Source: Chiloscyllium plagiosum
Lineage: Eukaryota
Assembly (NCBI RefSeq): GCF_004010195.1
Contig: NC_057720.1
Coordinates: 28,231,969-28,266,575, forward strand
Length of the DNA: 34,607 bases
Reading direction: 5' to 3'
The notes beneath the pieces were generated by a model, which was not told the DNA's origin, did no database searches, and worked only from the letters and a program-made list of their open reading frames with translations. This document shows positions 22,860 to 33,962 of this stretch, one piece after another. The number at the start of each line of letters is the position of its first letter. Positions within the stretch are counted from its first letter, which is position 1. Made by a program: the position numbers and the translations under genes.

Positions 22860-24455
22860 CACAGAATTGTTACAGCACAGAAGGAGGCCATTATGCCCAT
22901 CATGCATGCTCTGGTACTGTTGCCTGGTGCAAACCTCCTGCCTTTTCCACATATCCTTGTAAACCATTCCTATTATGGTGGTTAGCACTGCTGCCTCATA
23001 GTGCCTGCAACCCAGATTCAATTTCAGCTTCAGGCAACTGTCTGGGTGGAGTGTGCACATTTTCCCCGTGTCTGCATGAGCTTACTCTGAGTGCTCCAGT
23101 TTCCTCCTCCAGTCCGAAGATGTCCAGGTTAGGTGGATTGACCATGCCAAATTGTCCATAGTGTCTAGGGATGTACAGGCTAGGTGGATTAGCTATGGTA
23201 AATGCAGGTTTACAGGGATAGGGTAGGGTTCTGTGGCTGGATCTAGGTGGGATGCTCTTTGGAGGGTTGGTGTAGACTCGATGGACTGAATGGTCTGCTT
23301 CCGCACTATAGGGATTGTGTGATTCTATCCAAGTAATCATCCAGTACATTCTTGAATGCCTTAATTGAACTTGTCTCCATCAAATTTCCAAATAGTGGGT
23401 TCCATACCCAAACTACTTGCTGCAGGAAAATGACTTTTCTCACATCATCCTTGCTTAGTTTGCACGTTCACTTTAAATCTATGCCCACTTGTTCCTTTTG
23501 ATCTTTTGCAAGTAGAGCAGCTTCTCCATGTCTTTTCAGTCTTGCTTGCTCATGATGTTGAAAACATCTATCGTGTCCTGTCAGTCTTCTTCTCTCCAAG
23601 GGAAACAGTCCCAATTTCTTCAACCTATCCTCATACCTGAAGTTTCTCATTTCTAGAAACATAGTCGTAAACCACTCCTGTGCACTCTTCAGTGTGTTTA
23701 TATTGTTCTTATAATGTGACACCCACAACCGTACACAACGTTCCAGCTAAGGGCGAACAAATGTTTTACGCAAATTCAGCATCACCTCCTTGCTTTTGTG
23801 CTGTATGCTCTTATTAATAAAGCTGAGACCACCGTATGCTTTATGAATTGCTCTTCTCTTATCCTGCCACCTTCAATGATCTGTGTTTACATACACCCAG
23901 GTCCCTCAGCTCCTGCAGAATTGTAACCCCTATTTTATGTTGTCTTTCAATGTTCTTCTGACCAAAGCGCATCACCTTGCACTTCTATGCATTGAGTGGC
24001 ATCTTCCACTTATACACCCACTCCATTAACTTGTCGATGACCTTTTGGAGTTCCAGGCTGTCATCCCCACAGTTTACAATTCTTCTAAGTTTAGTGTCAT
24101 CCACAAACTTAGAAATTGTCTCCTCCACACCAAGATTCAGGTCATTATTATAAATCAAGAAATCCCAATACCAAATTCTAGGGAACTCCACTACAAACTT
24201 TCCTCCAGCTCAAACTATATCAATTGACTATTATTCTGTTTGTTATCACTCAGCCAGTTTTGTACCCATGTTGCTACTGAATCTTTCATATCACGATCTG
24301 TAACTTTGCACACAAGTATGTTGGATGAGACTATATCAAATACCTTTAAATCCACATAAATCATATCAATAGCATTACCCTAATCAACCCTTTGTTACTT
24401 CTTCAAAAAAACTCCAGCAGGTTAGTTAAATTATCCATTCAGAAATGCATGCTGA
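22860..24455 (-). mobile_element. CR1 LINE (RT to 3' end) nested in the LINE above
   Basis: FLIYNNDLNLGVEETISKFVDDTKL..WKMPLNA and YEDRLKKLGLFPLERRRLTG. The 3' terminus appears as cacagaattgttacagcacagaaggaggcc at 22860. Confidence 0.88.
22976..23325 (+). mobile_element. HE1-type V-SINE nested in the CR1 3' region
   Basis: gtggttagcactgctgcctcatag..tgcacattttccccgtgtctgc..gtgctccagtttcctcctccagtccgaagatgt..ctatagggattgtgtgattct. The host CR1 rejoins as cattcctat|ccaagtaatc. Confidence 0.9.
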
Positions 24456-26901
24456 CTCCCACTAGCAGGATAGACTCAGCAGAGATGGCAACATGGTGTT
24501 ATTCAATCAGATGGATGCTGCCCTAGGAGTCCTCAACATTGACTCTGAAACCCCTGGCATCAGGTCAAACATAGGCAAGAAAACCTTTTGCTAATTATCA
24601 TGTGCCACTCACTCTCAGCTGATGAATCAGTACTTCATCATGTTGAACAGCATTTAGAAGAAACAGTGAGGGTGGCAATGGTGCAGAATGTACTCGGTGG
24701 GAGACATCAATGGCCGCCACCAAGAGTGACTCGGCTGCAGAACTGATCAAGCTGGTCAAGTCCTAAAGGATATTGCTGTTAGACGGGGTCAGTGGCAAGT
24801 GGTTGGGGAAACCAACAAAAAGAAAGAACATACTTGACCTCATCCTCGCAAATTTGCCTACCACAGATACATCTGTCTGACATTCTCAGTAAGAGTGACC
24901 ACTGCACAGTCCTTGTGGGAAGTACTTTGTGGCTTCACACTGAGAATATAAATCATCATAAGGCATGTTAACCATGGTGCAATGTAGAGTGCAGGATAGC
25001 ATACCAACAGCAGCACCAGACATACATTAAAATGAAGCGTTGACCTGGTGAAGCTACAAAACTGGACTACTTGAACTGCAAACAGCGTAAGCAGTAAGTG
25101 ATACATAGAGCTAAATGATTCCATAACAAATGGATCACAGTCTCTGCAGTCCTGCCACACCTTTTCATGAATGAAAGGCAGACAGTTAAACAACCCAATG
25201 AAAGAAGGACCTCCACAAACATCCGCATCCTCAATAATAGGGCAGCGCAACACATTAGTGCAAATGATAATGCTGAAGCATTTGCAACAATCTTCAGCCA
25301 GGAGTGCCAAGTGAATGACCCATCATGGCCTCCTCCAATGATCCCCAACAAGACAGGTGCCAGTCTTTAGTAAGTTTGGTTCAATCCATGTGATATCAAG
25401 AAATGGTTGGATCTGCTGTATATTGCAAAGGCTATGTGCCCTGATAGCATTTTTGCAATTGTACTGGAGACCTACAACTAGCTGCACGCCCAACTTGTTA
25501 TACTGCATATATGGCACTAGCATCTATCCGACCATGTGGAAAATTGCACAGGTACATCCTGTGCACAAATAGCATGACAAGTCCAGTCCAGCCAATTACT
25601 GTCCAGTTAGTCTATTCTTGATCATCAGTGAAGTGATTGAAGGTGTCAACAACTGTACTATCAAACAGCAATACTTAACAATAACGTTCGCACTGATGCT
25701 CAGCTTGGATTCTGCTAGAACCATTCAGCTCCTGACGTCATTACAGCCTTGATGCAAATATGGACAAAAGAGCTGAATTCCAGAGGTGAGGTAAGAGTGA
25801 CTGCCCTTGACATCAAGGCCACATTTTATTGAGTATGACATCAGGGAGCTGAAGCAAACTTAGAGTCAATGTGAATCAGAGTTAAACATCTCCAGTGGTT
25901 GGACTTACACCTAACACAAAGGATTGGCTGCGGTTGTTGGTGGTCAGTCATCTCAGCCTTGAGACATCTTTGGAGGAGTCCTTGACTCAATCATTATCAG
26001 TTGCCTCACCAATGACCTTCTCTCCATTGTAAGGTCATAAATGGGGATGCTCGCTGAGCATTGCATTATACCCAGCACCATTCGCAATTCTTCAGATACT
26101 GAAGCAATCCATGTCCAAATGCAGCAAGATCTGGATAATATCTGGGCTTGGGTTGACAAATGGCAGGTCACATTAGTGCCACAAAGTATCTGACAATGGC
26201 TATTTCCATCAAGAGAGAATCTAATCACCTTTTCCTTGACACTCAACGGTATCACCATCACTGGATTTCCCATTACCAGCATCCTGCAGGTGACTGGACA
26301 AGTCTTGTAAAGACTGCTGCATCAAGAGCAGGTCAGAGGCTAGGTATCTTGCAATGAATAACTCACCTCCTGACTCCTCAAAACCTATCCACCATCTACA
26401 AGGCACAGGTCGGAAATGTGGTGGAATACTCCCCACTTGCCCGGAAGTGTGCAGCTCCAACAACACTCAAGAAGCTTGACACTATCCAGACAAAGCAACC
26501 TTCTGGATTGGCACTACATCCACTCATACTCAGCCCCTCTTATGGGAGCACTGAGCAGCACATTGCAGAAATTCACAAAGGCTTGTTTTGTGCTCATGTT
26601 CTGTGGAAGATATTTTGATATGTTGCAGTGGCAGTATTGGGGTAGAATAACACTTTGAATCTTTGGTCCAGCGTAGGACTCAAGATGCTGGTATCGACAG
26701 CAGCTCTGCCATTCCGGAAGGTTGTGGACTCCAATACTTCAGTTGATTCTTAGATGGCATTGGCGAGTGGGCTCAGCAGTGAGTGATGGCGCCAGAGCAT
26801 GATTTGTAGGTCATGATGTCGAGGAGCTGGTGTTGGACTGGGGTGGACAAAGTTAAAATTCACTCACTACCAGGTTACAGTCCAACAGGTTTATTTGGAA
26901 G

Positions 26902-26936
26902 CAGTAGCTTTCAGAGCGCTGCTCCTTCATCAGGTG
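26902..26936 (-). ncRNA. Minimal hammerhead motif, probably impaired
   Basis: CAC-CUGAUGA-A-GGAGC-AGC-GCUCU-GAAA-GCUA-CUG. The core is intact but the first stem I pair is a C/C mismatch. Confidence 0.55.
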
Positions 26937-27882
26937 GTTGTGGAATATAAAATCATAAGACAGAATTTATAGCAAAAGATTACAGTGCCATACAGGGATA
27001 TATTAAACAAATCTGGATTGTTAAGTCTTTTGGATACCACCATTGTCCGTGGGGACACCACCCACCATGTACGCGGCAGGTACTCATGTGACTCAGCCAA
27101 TGTTGTCTATCTCAAACGCTGCAGGCAAGGATGCCCTGAGACATGGTATGTTGGTGAGACCAAGCAAACGCTACGAAAACAGATGAATGGACGCCGCACA
27201 ACAGTCACCAGACAGGGATGTTCCCTCCCAGTCTCAGCGGTCAGGGACGTTCGGCATTGGATTTTCGGGTGACTGCCCTCCAAGGTGGACTTCAGGATAG
27301 GCAGTAATGCAAAGTGGCCAAGCAGAGGCTGATAGCCATGTTCGGTACCCATGAGGATGGCCTCAACCAGGATCTTGGGTTCATGTGACATTACAGGTGA
27401 CCCCATTACACTTTATACTGTCTCCCTCACACAAAACACGCGTGAACGCATACATGCACACAAGCACACATACATACAAGTCTATGTGGTGAATTTGTAT
27501 TTGCAGAATTATATTTGCAGGCACATTCTATTACTCAAAAAATGCAGAATCTACAGGCAGTCAATACATGTAATATTTTGTAAATTCCATTTTGGAAATA
27601 GAACCAGTCTGACACAAGATTGGGATACGGACAGACTCTGACCTCACACCGTTAATACATTGTCTGACCAGAGATGTCACCTTTTGTGATAAAACCATAA
27701 GTTATCTCGAGAAGGTGACTAAGAAGTTGTTCTGGGATTTACTTATTAATGAACTGAAACCAGCAAACCCATTCTAAAATATGAAAGATTAGCAATCCAG
27801 GTTTGTTCAATATATCATTTCAGCTGCATGAAACTGTAATTTTTTGCTATAAATTCTGTGTCTTATGGTCCTGCTTCACAAA

Positions 27883-27917
27883 CACCTGATGAAGAAGCAG
27901 CGTTTTGAAAGCTCGTG
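27883..27917 (+). ncRNA. Minimal type I hammerhead ribozyme motif on the ST3GAL3 sense strand
   Basis: CAC-CUGAUGA-A-GAAGC-AGC-GUUUU-GAAA-GCUC-GUG: intact core, 5-bp stem II with two G-U pairs, palindromic AGCU stem III, CUC triplet (predicted cut after 27914), 3-bp stem I CAC/GUG. Confidence 0.7.
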
Positions 27918-28229
27918 CTTCCAAATAAACCTGTTGGATTATAACCTGGTGTGTGTGATTTTTAACACAGGCACAGGACTCAAGGCATTGGCAACGCCAC
28001 AGCATTCGTGGGTCCAGCATAAGATTCATGGTGGCAGCAGTGAGGGCAATCTGGACATTTTCTTTTCTTTCTGTTTCTATTTCTTTAATTTCGGCCCTTG
28101 TGTTTAATTCTATCATATTTTAAGAGTTGGCGCTGGAGCATGGTGACTGTATACTTTTCATTGTACTCCTGATTTTTTGTACACGTGTTATAGTGACAAT
28201 AAAATCTAATCTAATGGTTATTCTTGGGT

Positions 28230-28925
28230 TGAGGGAAATGGGTGACAGTGAAGAATAGAGGAAATAAAATGAACATAGTCGAGATTCCTATTCATCACAG
28301 TGGAGGAGATTCCTAGGTTATAGAAAAGGGAAGACATATGGAAGTTGCAATGGTTAGAAGAGCTGCAATAGAGATGTAGCAACTAGAAGAGTGCAATTCA
28401 ATCCTTACAGGAAGCAGGTAGGTTAGGAGGGATGTACTCATCCTTGTATAGTGGATTTAGAGTTAAATTGACCAATAGCCTATCCCTAGAAGTGAGGCAC
28501 AGAAATTGAGGAAAGGAACAGAGAACCTGGACGTGGACCATGTGAAGGTGAATGAAGGGTGGATGGCAGAGGAAAATTGATAGAAGTTCCAGTTCTTCGT
28601 AAGATTGTCAATATAATCATCAATTTTGCTGGACAAAGAGGTAATGAATCGGAATTGAATAGGATTGGAGCAACAAATGACCACATATATCCCACAAATG
28701 CAGGTGTATAGGTTCTCATTACAGTACCTTTTATTTAAAGGAAATGAGTAGAGTCAAAAATGAGAAAAAAAGAGGAGAGAGAAAAAGTCCAGCCAGGCAT
28801 AGGAAGGTGATGATGGATGGAATCTCGGCTCAAGGAACAGTTGCTATTTGGGCAAGAGTGAGAGAGCTATTGTATTACCAATTGGAAATGGAGAGGTAGA
28901 AGAATAGCATGTCCCATGCTTAAAA
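28230..28925 (-). mobile_element. Decayed Penelope-like RT fragment
   Basis: ORFs 28463-28719: MRTYTPAFVGY (MGPSYACLFVGY-like) and IDDYI..NFYQFSSAIHPSFTFTWSTSRFSVPFLNF (PLE RT motifs). Confidence 0.75.
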
Positions 28926-30515
28926 AGAGACCAACAGAATATGAAACTTCTTAAGTGGCAGGGATCCTAAGTAGTTCAGTTTCTATTCTAACACAGTTGT
29001 GGATTGGTTGATAGCATTCCGTCAGTAATTCAATGTAGTGCCATCAAGATTATCTACTCAGCTCCAAAATGAGGTTCAAAATCCCAACCTTGTCAACCAT
29101 GAAGTGAATACTGCTGTACTTGACTGACAATAGAAAATAGCAAATTGCACATTGATGGTGAAAGGTTCTCCTGATTGCAAATTGTCTTGGCATCTGTGTT
29201 TTTAAACAAATGTGTTTGACCATTTTTGCAGCAATGCTTTTATGGATAGGTTGGCCTCTTGGAATGTGAGTTCTTGCTTTAAAATCAGAGTAATTTTAAA
29301 TTTGTTGGGTGGTTGATCTCAAATGGATGAATTGTGATCTGAAATTGATGACTTTAGAATTTTAGAGAAATGCATAATGCACAATTATGAAGCTTTCTTT
29401 CTGTCTGTTATATCCTTGTCAATTTTATTTTGACCATTCTTCAATCTCAGAGTACCAAGTGCTACCATCTTTTTAAAACATTTTGTTCTGAAGAAAGGTT
29501 CTATCCTTATCCAATTTCACTTGCACACTAAATGCTTTGGAAATATGTTGCATTTTTATGACAGCTAAAGCATTTATGCGATAAATTATATATATTTTAA
29601 TCATGACAGGAGAATCAAGAGTGCTCACTTTATTTATCATCGAGATCTACCTTCTCTGTGCTAAGAATTAAGATAGTAGCTGCAGCTGCCAAGTTTTCTG
29701 GACTAATACTGTATCTGTTTGCTACAACAATCATTACTCATGCAAGTGTTCCATGCCTCCACACTTTCCATCTGTTCTTAACTTCTAAATGACTGGTTTG
29801 AAATACTTTTAAATGTGCACTATTTTCTATCATTCATCTCAGTTCAACACAATCTACTTTGAGGGCACATACAATAATGTGTGCAGCAGCCTTGGAAAGC
29901 AACACCCCTCCTCCCCACAATATTAAGAATGGTGTGGCATAGAGATCAATGTTTGGGCCTCAATTGTTTACAATTGTAAGGGACGACAGGTTTTGCCTTT
30001 TTTGGACTCTCAATTAGAATGGAAGTTGGGCAACTATGTAACTGAAATACCAGGAATTTTGCAACTTGGAAAAATCAAGTGGTACATATTTTTGACTGTG
30101 CCCAACAATGTTGCTGTTGTAGCACTGAAGTGAGCTTGATATGTTATTAAGTCAGAACAGTACCAGGTCTTTCAGTTAAAGGAAGACTGACTGACAGCAT
30201 CCCTCAGATTGTTGAGTTGAATGACCATCATTTTATAGACAACATCATGCTGTCATTGCTAAAATAAAAAAAAACTGTGAAAGCCAATTTGACTCAACCT
30301 TGAGTTCTGGACATTTGGTCTTCATAATTTTGTTTTTTCCTGTCTGTAGTTTTTCCACCCATAAGGACCATGTCAAATCGTCTGTCTTTGTCTATGTTAA
30401 TTGTGAGTGAGAGTATGTATTTTGGATTTTAAAGGGGTATAGTTTAATTTGTATAGTGTAGACTAGCAATGTTTTCTTTTCTCTGACATGTATAAACATG
30501 AGATATACATCCCAT

Positions 30516-30740
30516 AAAAATCTGGAATTAAGAATCTAATGTTGACCATGAAACCTTCGGAGAATTCCGTTTAGCATACTAATGTCCTTTAGGGAAGAAA
30601 CAGCCGTCTTTACCTGGTCTGGCCTATATGTGATTCCTGCCACAAAACAATGTGGTTGACTCTTAGCTGCTCTCTGGGCATTAGGGATAGGCAGCAAATG
30701 CTAGCCAAGCCAACAATGCCCACACCCTGTGAATGAATAA
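30516..30740 (+). mobile_element. Family-Y SINE, 5'-truncated
   Basis: aaaaatctggaattaagaatctaatg..ctaatgtcctttagggaag..tacctggtctggccta..gactcttagctgctctctg|ggcattagggataggcagcaaatgctagcc..gtgaatgaataa. Confidence 0.85.
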
Positions 30741-30744
30741 CAAC

Positions 30745-31626
30745 AAAGTAAGTTGAGAAGAAGGGATAAGCAGTCTGTAAATGAATGTTGACAAGTTTAG
30801 TGAGTGAATCTTAGTGTGTGGAGCATGACATCGTAAATTGTGAACTTGTCCAATTTGGCAAGAAGAATGGAAAAATAGCATAATATTTAAATGGTTGCAG
30901 AATTCTGAGGAACCTAAGGATTTGGATGTCTTGCTATGTAAATTACAAAAAGTCGAGTATGCAGGTACAGTAAGTGATTAGGAAGGCAAATAAGATGTAG
31001 TTTATTGTGTGTGGAATGAAATTTAAAATGGGGACTTTGAGTTACAGTTGTATAGATTATATACATTTGGAGAACTGTGTATAGTTTTGGTCTCATTATT
31101 TAAGAAAGATGTAAGTATGTCAGAAGCAATTCAGTGATGACTCACTAAACTGATCTTTAGAATGGAGTAAGTTACCTTATGAGGAAAGATGAGACAAGCT
31201 GGGTCTTTATGCATTGAGATTTAGGAGAATGAAAGGGGATCACATTGAAACATATAAAATCTTGAGGAGACTTTACACGGTGAATGCTGTCATGATGGTT
31301 CTCTTTCTGGAAAAGACTAGAACTGGGTGACAAAGTTTAAAAATAAGCAGTCTCCTGTATAAGACAGAGATGAGAAGGAGTTCTTTCTCTGAGGATAAAG
31401 ATTCTTTGGAAGTCTCTTACCTAGAGAATGGTAGAAGTCGTGTAACTGAATTTTAAGGCAGAAGTAGATAGATGTATGACTAATATGGGAATTAAACATT
31501 ATTGGAGGTAGGCAAGATTGTGGAGTTGAGCCTACAATCGGATCAACCATGGTCTTATTAAATGGCATGTGACAAGCTCATGGGGCTAATGGCCCAGTCT
31601 AGTCCTAATTTACACATATACATGTA
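30745..31626 (+). mobile_element. Old CR1 3' portion
   Basis: Degenerate CELVQFGKKN, HLENCV*FWSHYLRKDV and RRMKGDHIETYKILRRL, then the 3' UTR ggatcaaccatggtcttattaaatggc. Confidence 0.8.
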
Positions 31627-32134
31627 TTCAGCTCTTCATGCCTGCTGTGCTATTCAATAAAATCATAGCTGATCTGGTTTTGTTTTTAATTCCACTTTCA
31701 GTCTGTTATCATCATCTTTGCCTCCCTTCACTCACCCTTGAGTAATAAATTCAGTAACCCAGCTTCCAGTGCTTTTTTGAGCAATTCAACAGACTAACAA
31801 CCCTTTAAGAGAAAGGAATGCTCTCTCTACTTTTCTTTTTAAAAGGGTTCTGATCTCCCCACAAAGGAGAAGAATCTGAAGGAGAGTGGAAGCAAAAGCA
31901 CTGGTAACAGTGTATTTGAATACTATAATGAGGACCGCCCATGAAATGTTAATTGAAGTGGGAATTCCAAGTACAGAATCCTCCCTGCTTACATTGTGGA
32001 AGATACCCAATAATTTTTATTATAAATTTGAACCTCGAGCTTTACACATAGTTGTACACGTACTCCTTTTATTCATTCAATGGAAGTGTCTCTTGCAACA
32101 TGACAGTTATTAGCCATCCTTTGTTCTCAAGTCG

Positions 32135-32492
32135 TAAAGTCATAGATATATACAGCACGGAAACAGACCATTTGGTCCAACTCGTCCATGCCGACCAGAT
32201 ATCCAAAATAAATTTAGACCCATTTTCGAGCATTTGGCCCATATTCCTCTGAACCTTTCTTATTTATATACCTACCCAGATACCTTTTAAATGTTGTAAT
32301 TGTACCAGACTCCTCCAATTCCTCTGGCAGCTCATTCCATACACACATCCTCTGTGTAAAAAAAATTGCCCTTAGGTCCATTTTAAATCTTCTCCCTCTC
32401 ACCCTAAACTTACACCCTCTAGTTTTGAGCTCCCTGACACAGTGCAAAAGACCTGTCTATCTACCCTATCATACCGCTTATGATTTTATCAA
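32135..32492 (-). mobile_element. HER1-type CR1 3' end
   Basis: agtcatagatatatacagcacggaaacagacc terminus. ORF 32214-32447 TRGCKFRVRG..FFTQRMCVWNELPEE. Confidence 0.9.
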
Positions 32493-32493
32493 T

Positions 32494-32862
32494 TGTGATA
32501 GGGAACTCTCTGGTTACAGGCACAGGCAGACTATTCGGCGGCTGACAGAGAGGGATCAGAATGGTGTTGCTTCCCTGGAGCCAGGATCAAAGATATCTTG
32601 GAGAGGGTGCAGAATATTCTCAAAGTGAGTGGGACCAGCAGGAGGTCATAGTACGCCCTGGAACTAACGACATAGGAAGTGAAAAGTACAAGATTCTGAG
32701 GAGAGAACATTGGAAGTTCGGCAGGAATTTAAAAAGTAGGTCCTCATGGATAGTAATATCTGGATTACTTCCAATGCCATGAGCTAGTGAGGGTAGGAAT
32801 AGGAGGGGGAGCAGATGAATGCATGGCTGAGGAGCTGGTGCAGGGGAGAAGAATTCACATTG
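32494..32862 (+). mobile_element. CR1 ORF1 fragment (SGNH/GDSL esterase-like domain)
   Basis: VIGNSLV (GDS block I), CFPGARIKDI (block II), VIVRPGTNDIG (block III GxND), IVISGLLP and QMNAWLRSWCRGEEF. Frameshifted. Confidence 0.85.
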
Positions 32863-33067
32863 CTGTCCTGAGGGTATTGGATACCAACCACACATTGTGG
32901 CACTGGAACTATATGTAAGCCGGTCTCGGTATTAATTAGGTGTTATGATCCCAGCTGATGTTAATACTGGGCACCTCAAATCACAGACTGAAATCCAGCT
33001 CAATATATCTTATTTTGTTTTGTCTTTGTTTAAATGCATAATGAAATGCATAATGCTGCAAATTCCA

Positions 33068-33425
33068 GGATGGCACTGGTAATGTCACTGGATGAGTAAG
33101 CCAGAATCCAGGCTAATGTTCTTGAGACATGGGTTTGAATCCCACAATGCAAATGGTGAAATTTGAATTCAATTTTAAAAATTTGGAATTAAGGACTAGT
33201 CTAATGGTGTCCATGTAACCAGCGTTGTTTGAGGTAAATACGCATCTGGTTCAGCACTGTCCTTTATGTAAGTAAATGTGTCATCCTTACATGGACTACA
33301 TGTGACTCCTTATTCTCAGCAATGTGGTTGACTCTTTATTGACCTCTAAAATGAATGCTCAAGTCACTCAGTTCCAAGGTATTTAGGAATAGGCAATGAA
33401 ATTGAACAAACCAAGTGACATCACA
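33068..33425 (+). mobile_element. Family-Y SINE, full-length, longer-junction variant
   Basis: Head with B box gggtttgaatccc (33131-33143), core catctggttcagcactgtcctttatg, then cctctaaaatgaatgctcaagtcactcagttc|caaggtatttaggaataggcaatgaaa. Confidence 0.75.
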
Positions 33426-33507
33426 CAATTTGAAAGGTTTCAAAACCTGCGGTAAAAACAGAATCCCATCTATCTCAACACCATCACATTACAGTATTCA
33501 AAGACGA

Positions 33508-33962
33508 GAGTCATAAAGATGTAGAGATGTACAGTATGGAAACAGACCTTCGATCCAACTCGTCCATGCTGATCAGGTATCCTAAATTAATCTAGTTCCA
33601 TTTCCCAGCACATGACCCATATCCCTCTAAACCCTTCCTATTCATATACCCATCCAGATGCCTTTTAAATGTTGTACTACTTCTGGCAACTCATTCCATA
33701 CATGCACAACTCTCTGCATGTAAACGTTGCCCCTTAGGTCCCTTTTAATTTTTTTCCCTCTCACCCTAAACCTCTGCTTCTAGTTCTGGACTTCCCCAAC
33801 TCAGGGGAAAAAAACCTTGTTGATTTACCCTATCAATGCCTCTCATGATTTTATAAACCTCTGTAAGGTCACCCCTCAGCCTTCGACACTCAAAGATAAA
33901 CAGCCCCAGCCTATTCAGCCTCTCCCTGAAGCTGAAATCTTCCAATTCTGGCAACATCCTGA
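33508..33962 (-). mobile_element. HER1-type CR1 3' end
   Basis: RMLPELEDFSFRERLNRLGLFIFECRRLRGDLTEVYKIMRGIDRV. Terminus gagtcataaagatgtagagatgtacagtatggaaacagacc. Confidence 0.92.

Larger units (their letters stand above)
22342..26583 (+). mobile_element. Near full-length single-ORF APE-RT LINE (CR1/L2 group, not HER1) with a SINE-like 5' head, split at about 22860/24456
   Basis: APE N-terminus VLLTNLWGLMPKLGEFIHKLFKQQP from about 22712. It resumes at 24456 (SH*QDRLSRDGN..HQVKHRQENLLLI..NILDLILANLP..KSDHCTVL), then RT (WKIAQVHPVHK, TALDIKATF) and C-terminus RAGQRLGIL..TIYKAQV..VEYSPLA..APTTLKKLDTIQ. Many stops and frameshifts; the extreme 3' end is missing. Confidence 0.85.
26829..27966 (+). 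mobile_element. 5'-truncated Penelope-like element: GIY-YIG fragment and pseudo-LTR, preceded by an inverted pseudo-LTR copy
   Basis: ORF 26985-27272 YSCDSANVVYLKRCRQGCPETWYVGETKQTLRKQMNGRR is the PLE GIY-YIG motif. About 26852-27030 is an inverted repeat of about 27783-27966. Confidence 0.9.
26590..28214 (+). mobile_element. Non-coding element ending in a Rex1-type 3' tail, interrupted by the Penelope-like insert
   Basis: The 3' end acttttcattgtact..gtgacaataaaatctaatctaat (28153-28214) resembles the reverse complement of the Rex1 tails at 15623 and 12693. GC-richer non-coding body on both sides of 26829-27966. The 5' boundary is uncertain. Confidence 0.45.

Noticed and set aside
27425..27480. 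(CA)-rich tract as an independent microsatellite
   Set aside because: It is degenerate and lies within the PLE 3' region, so it is treated as part of that element.
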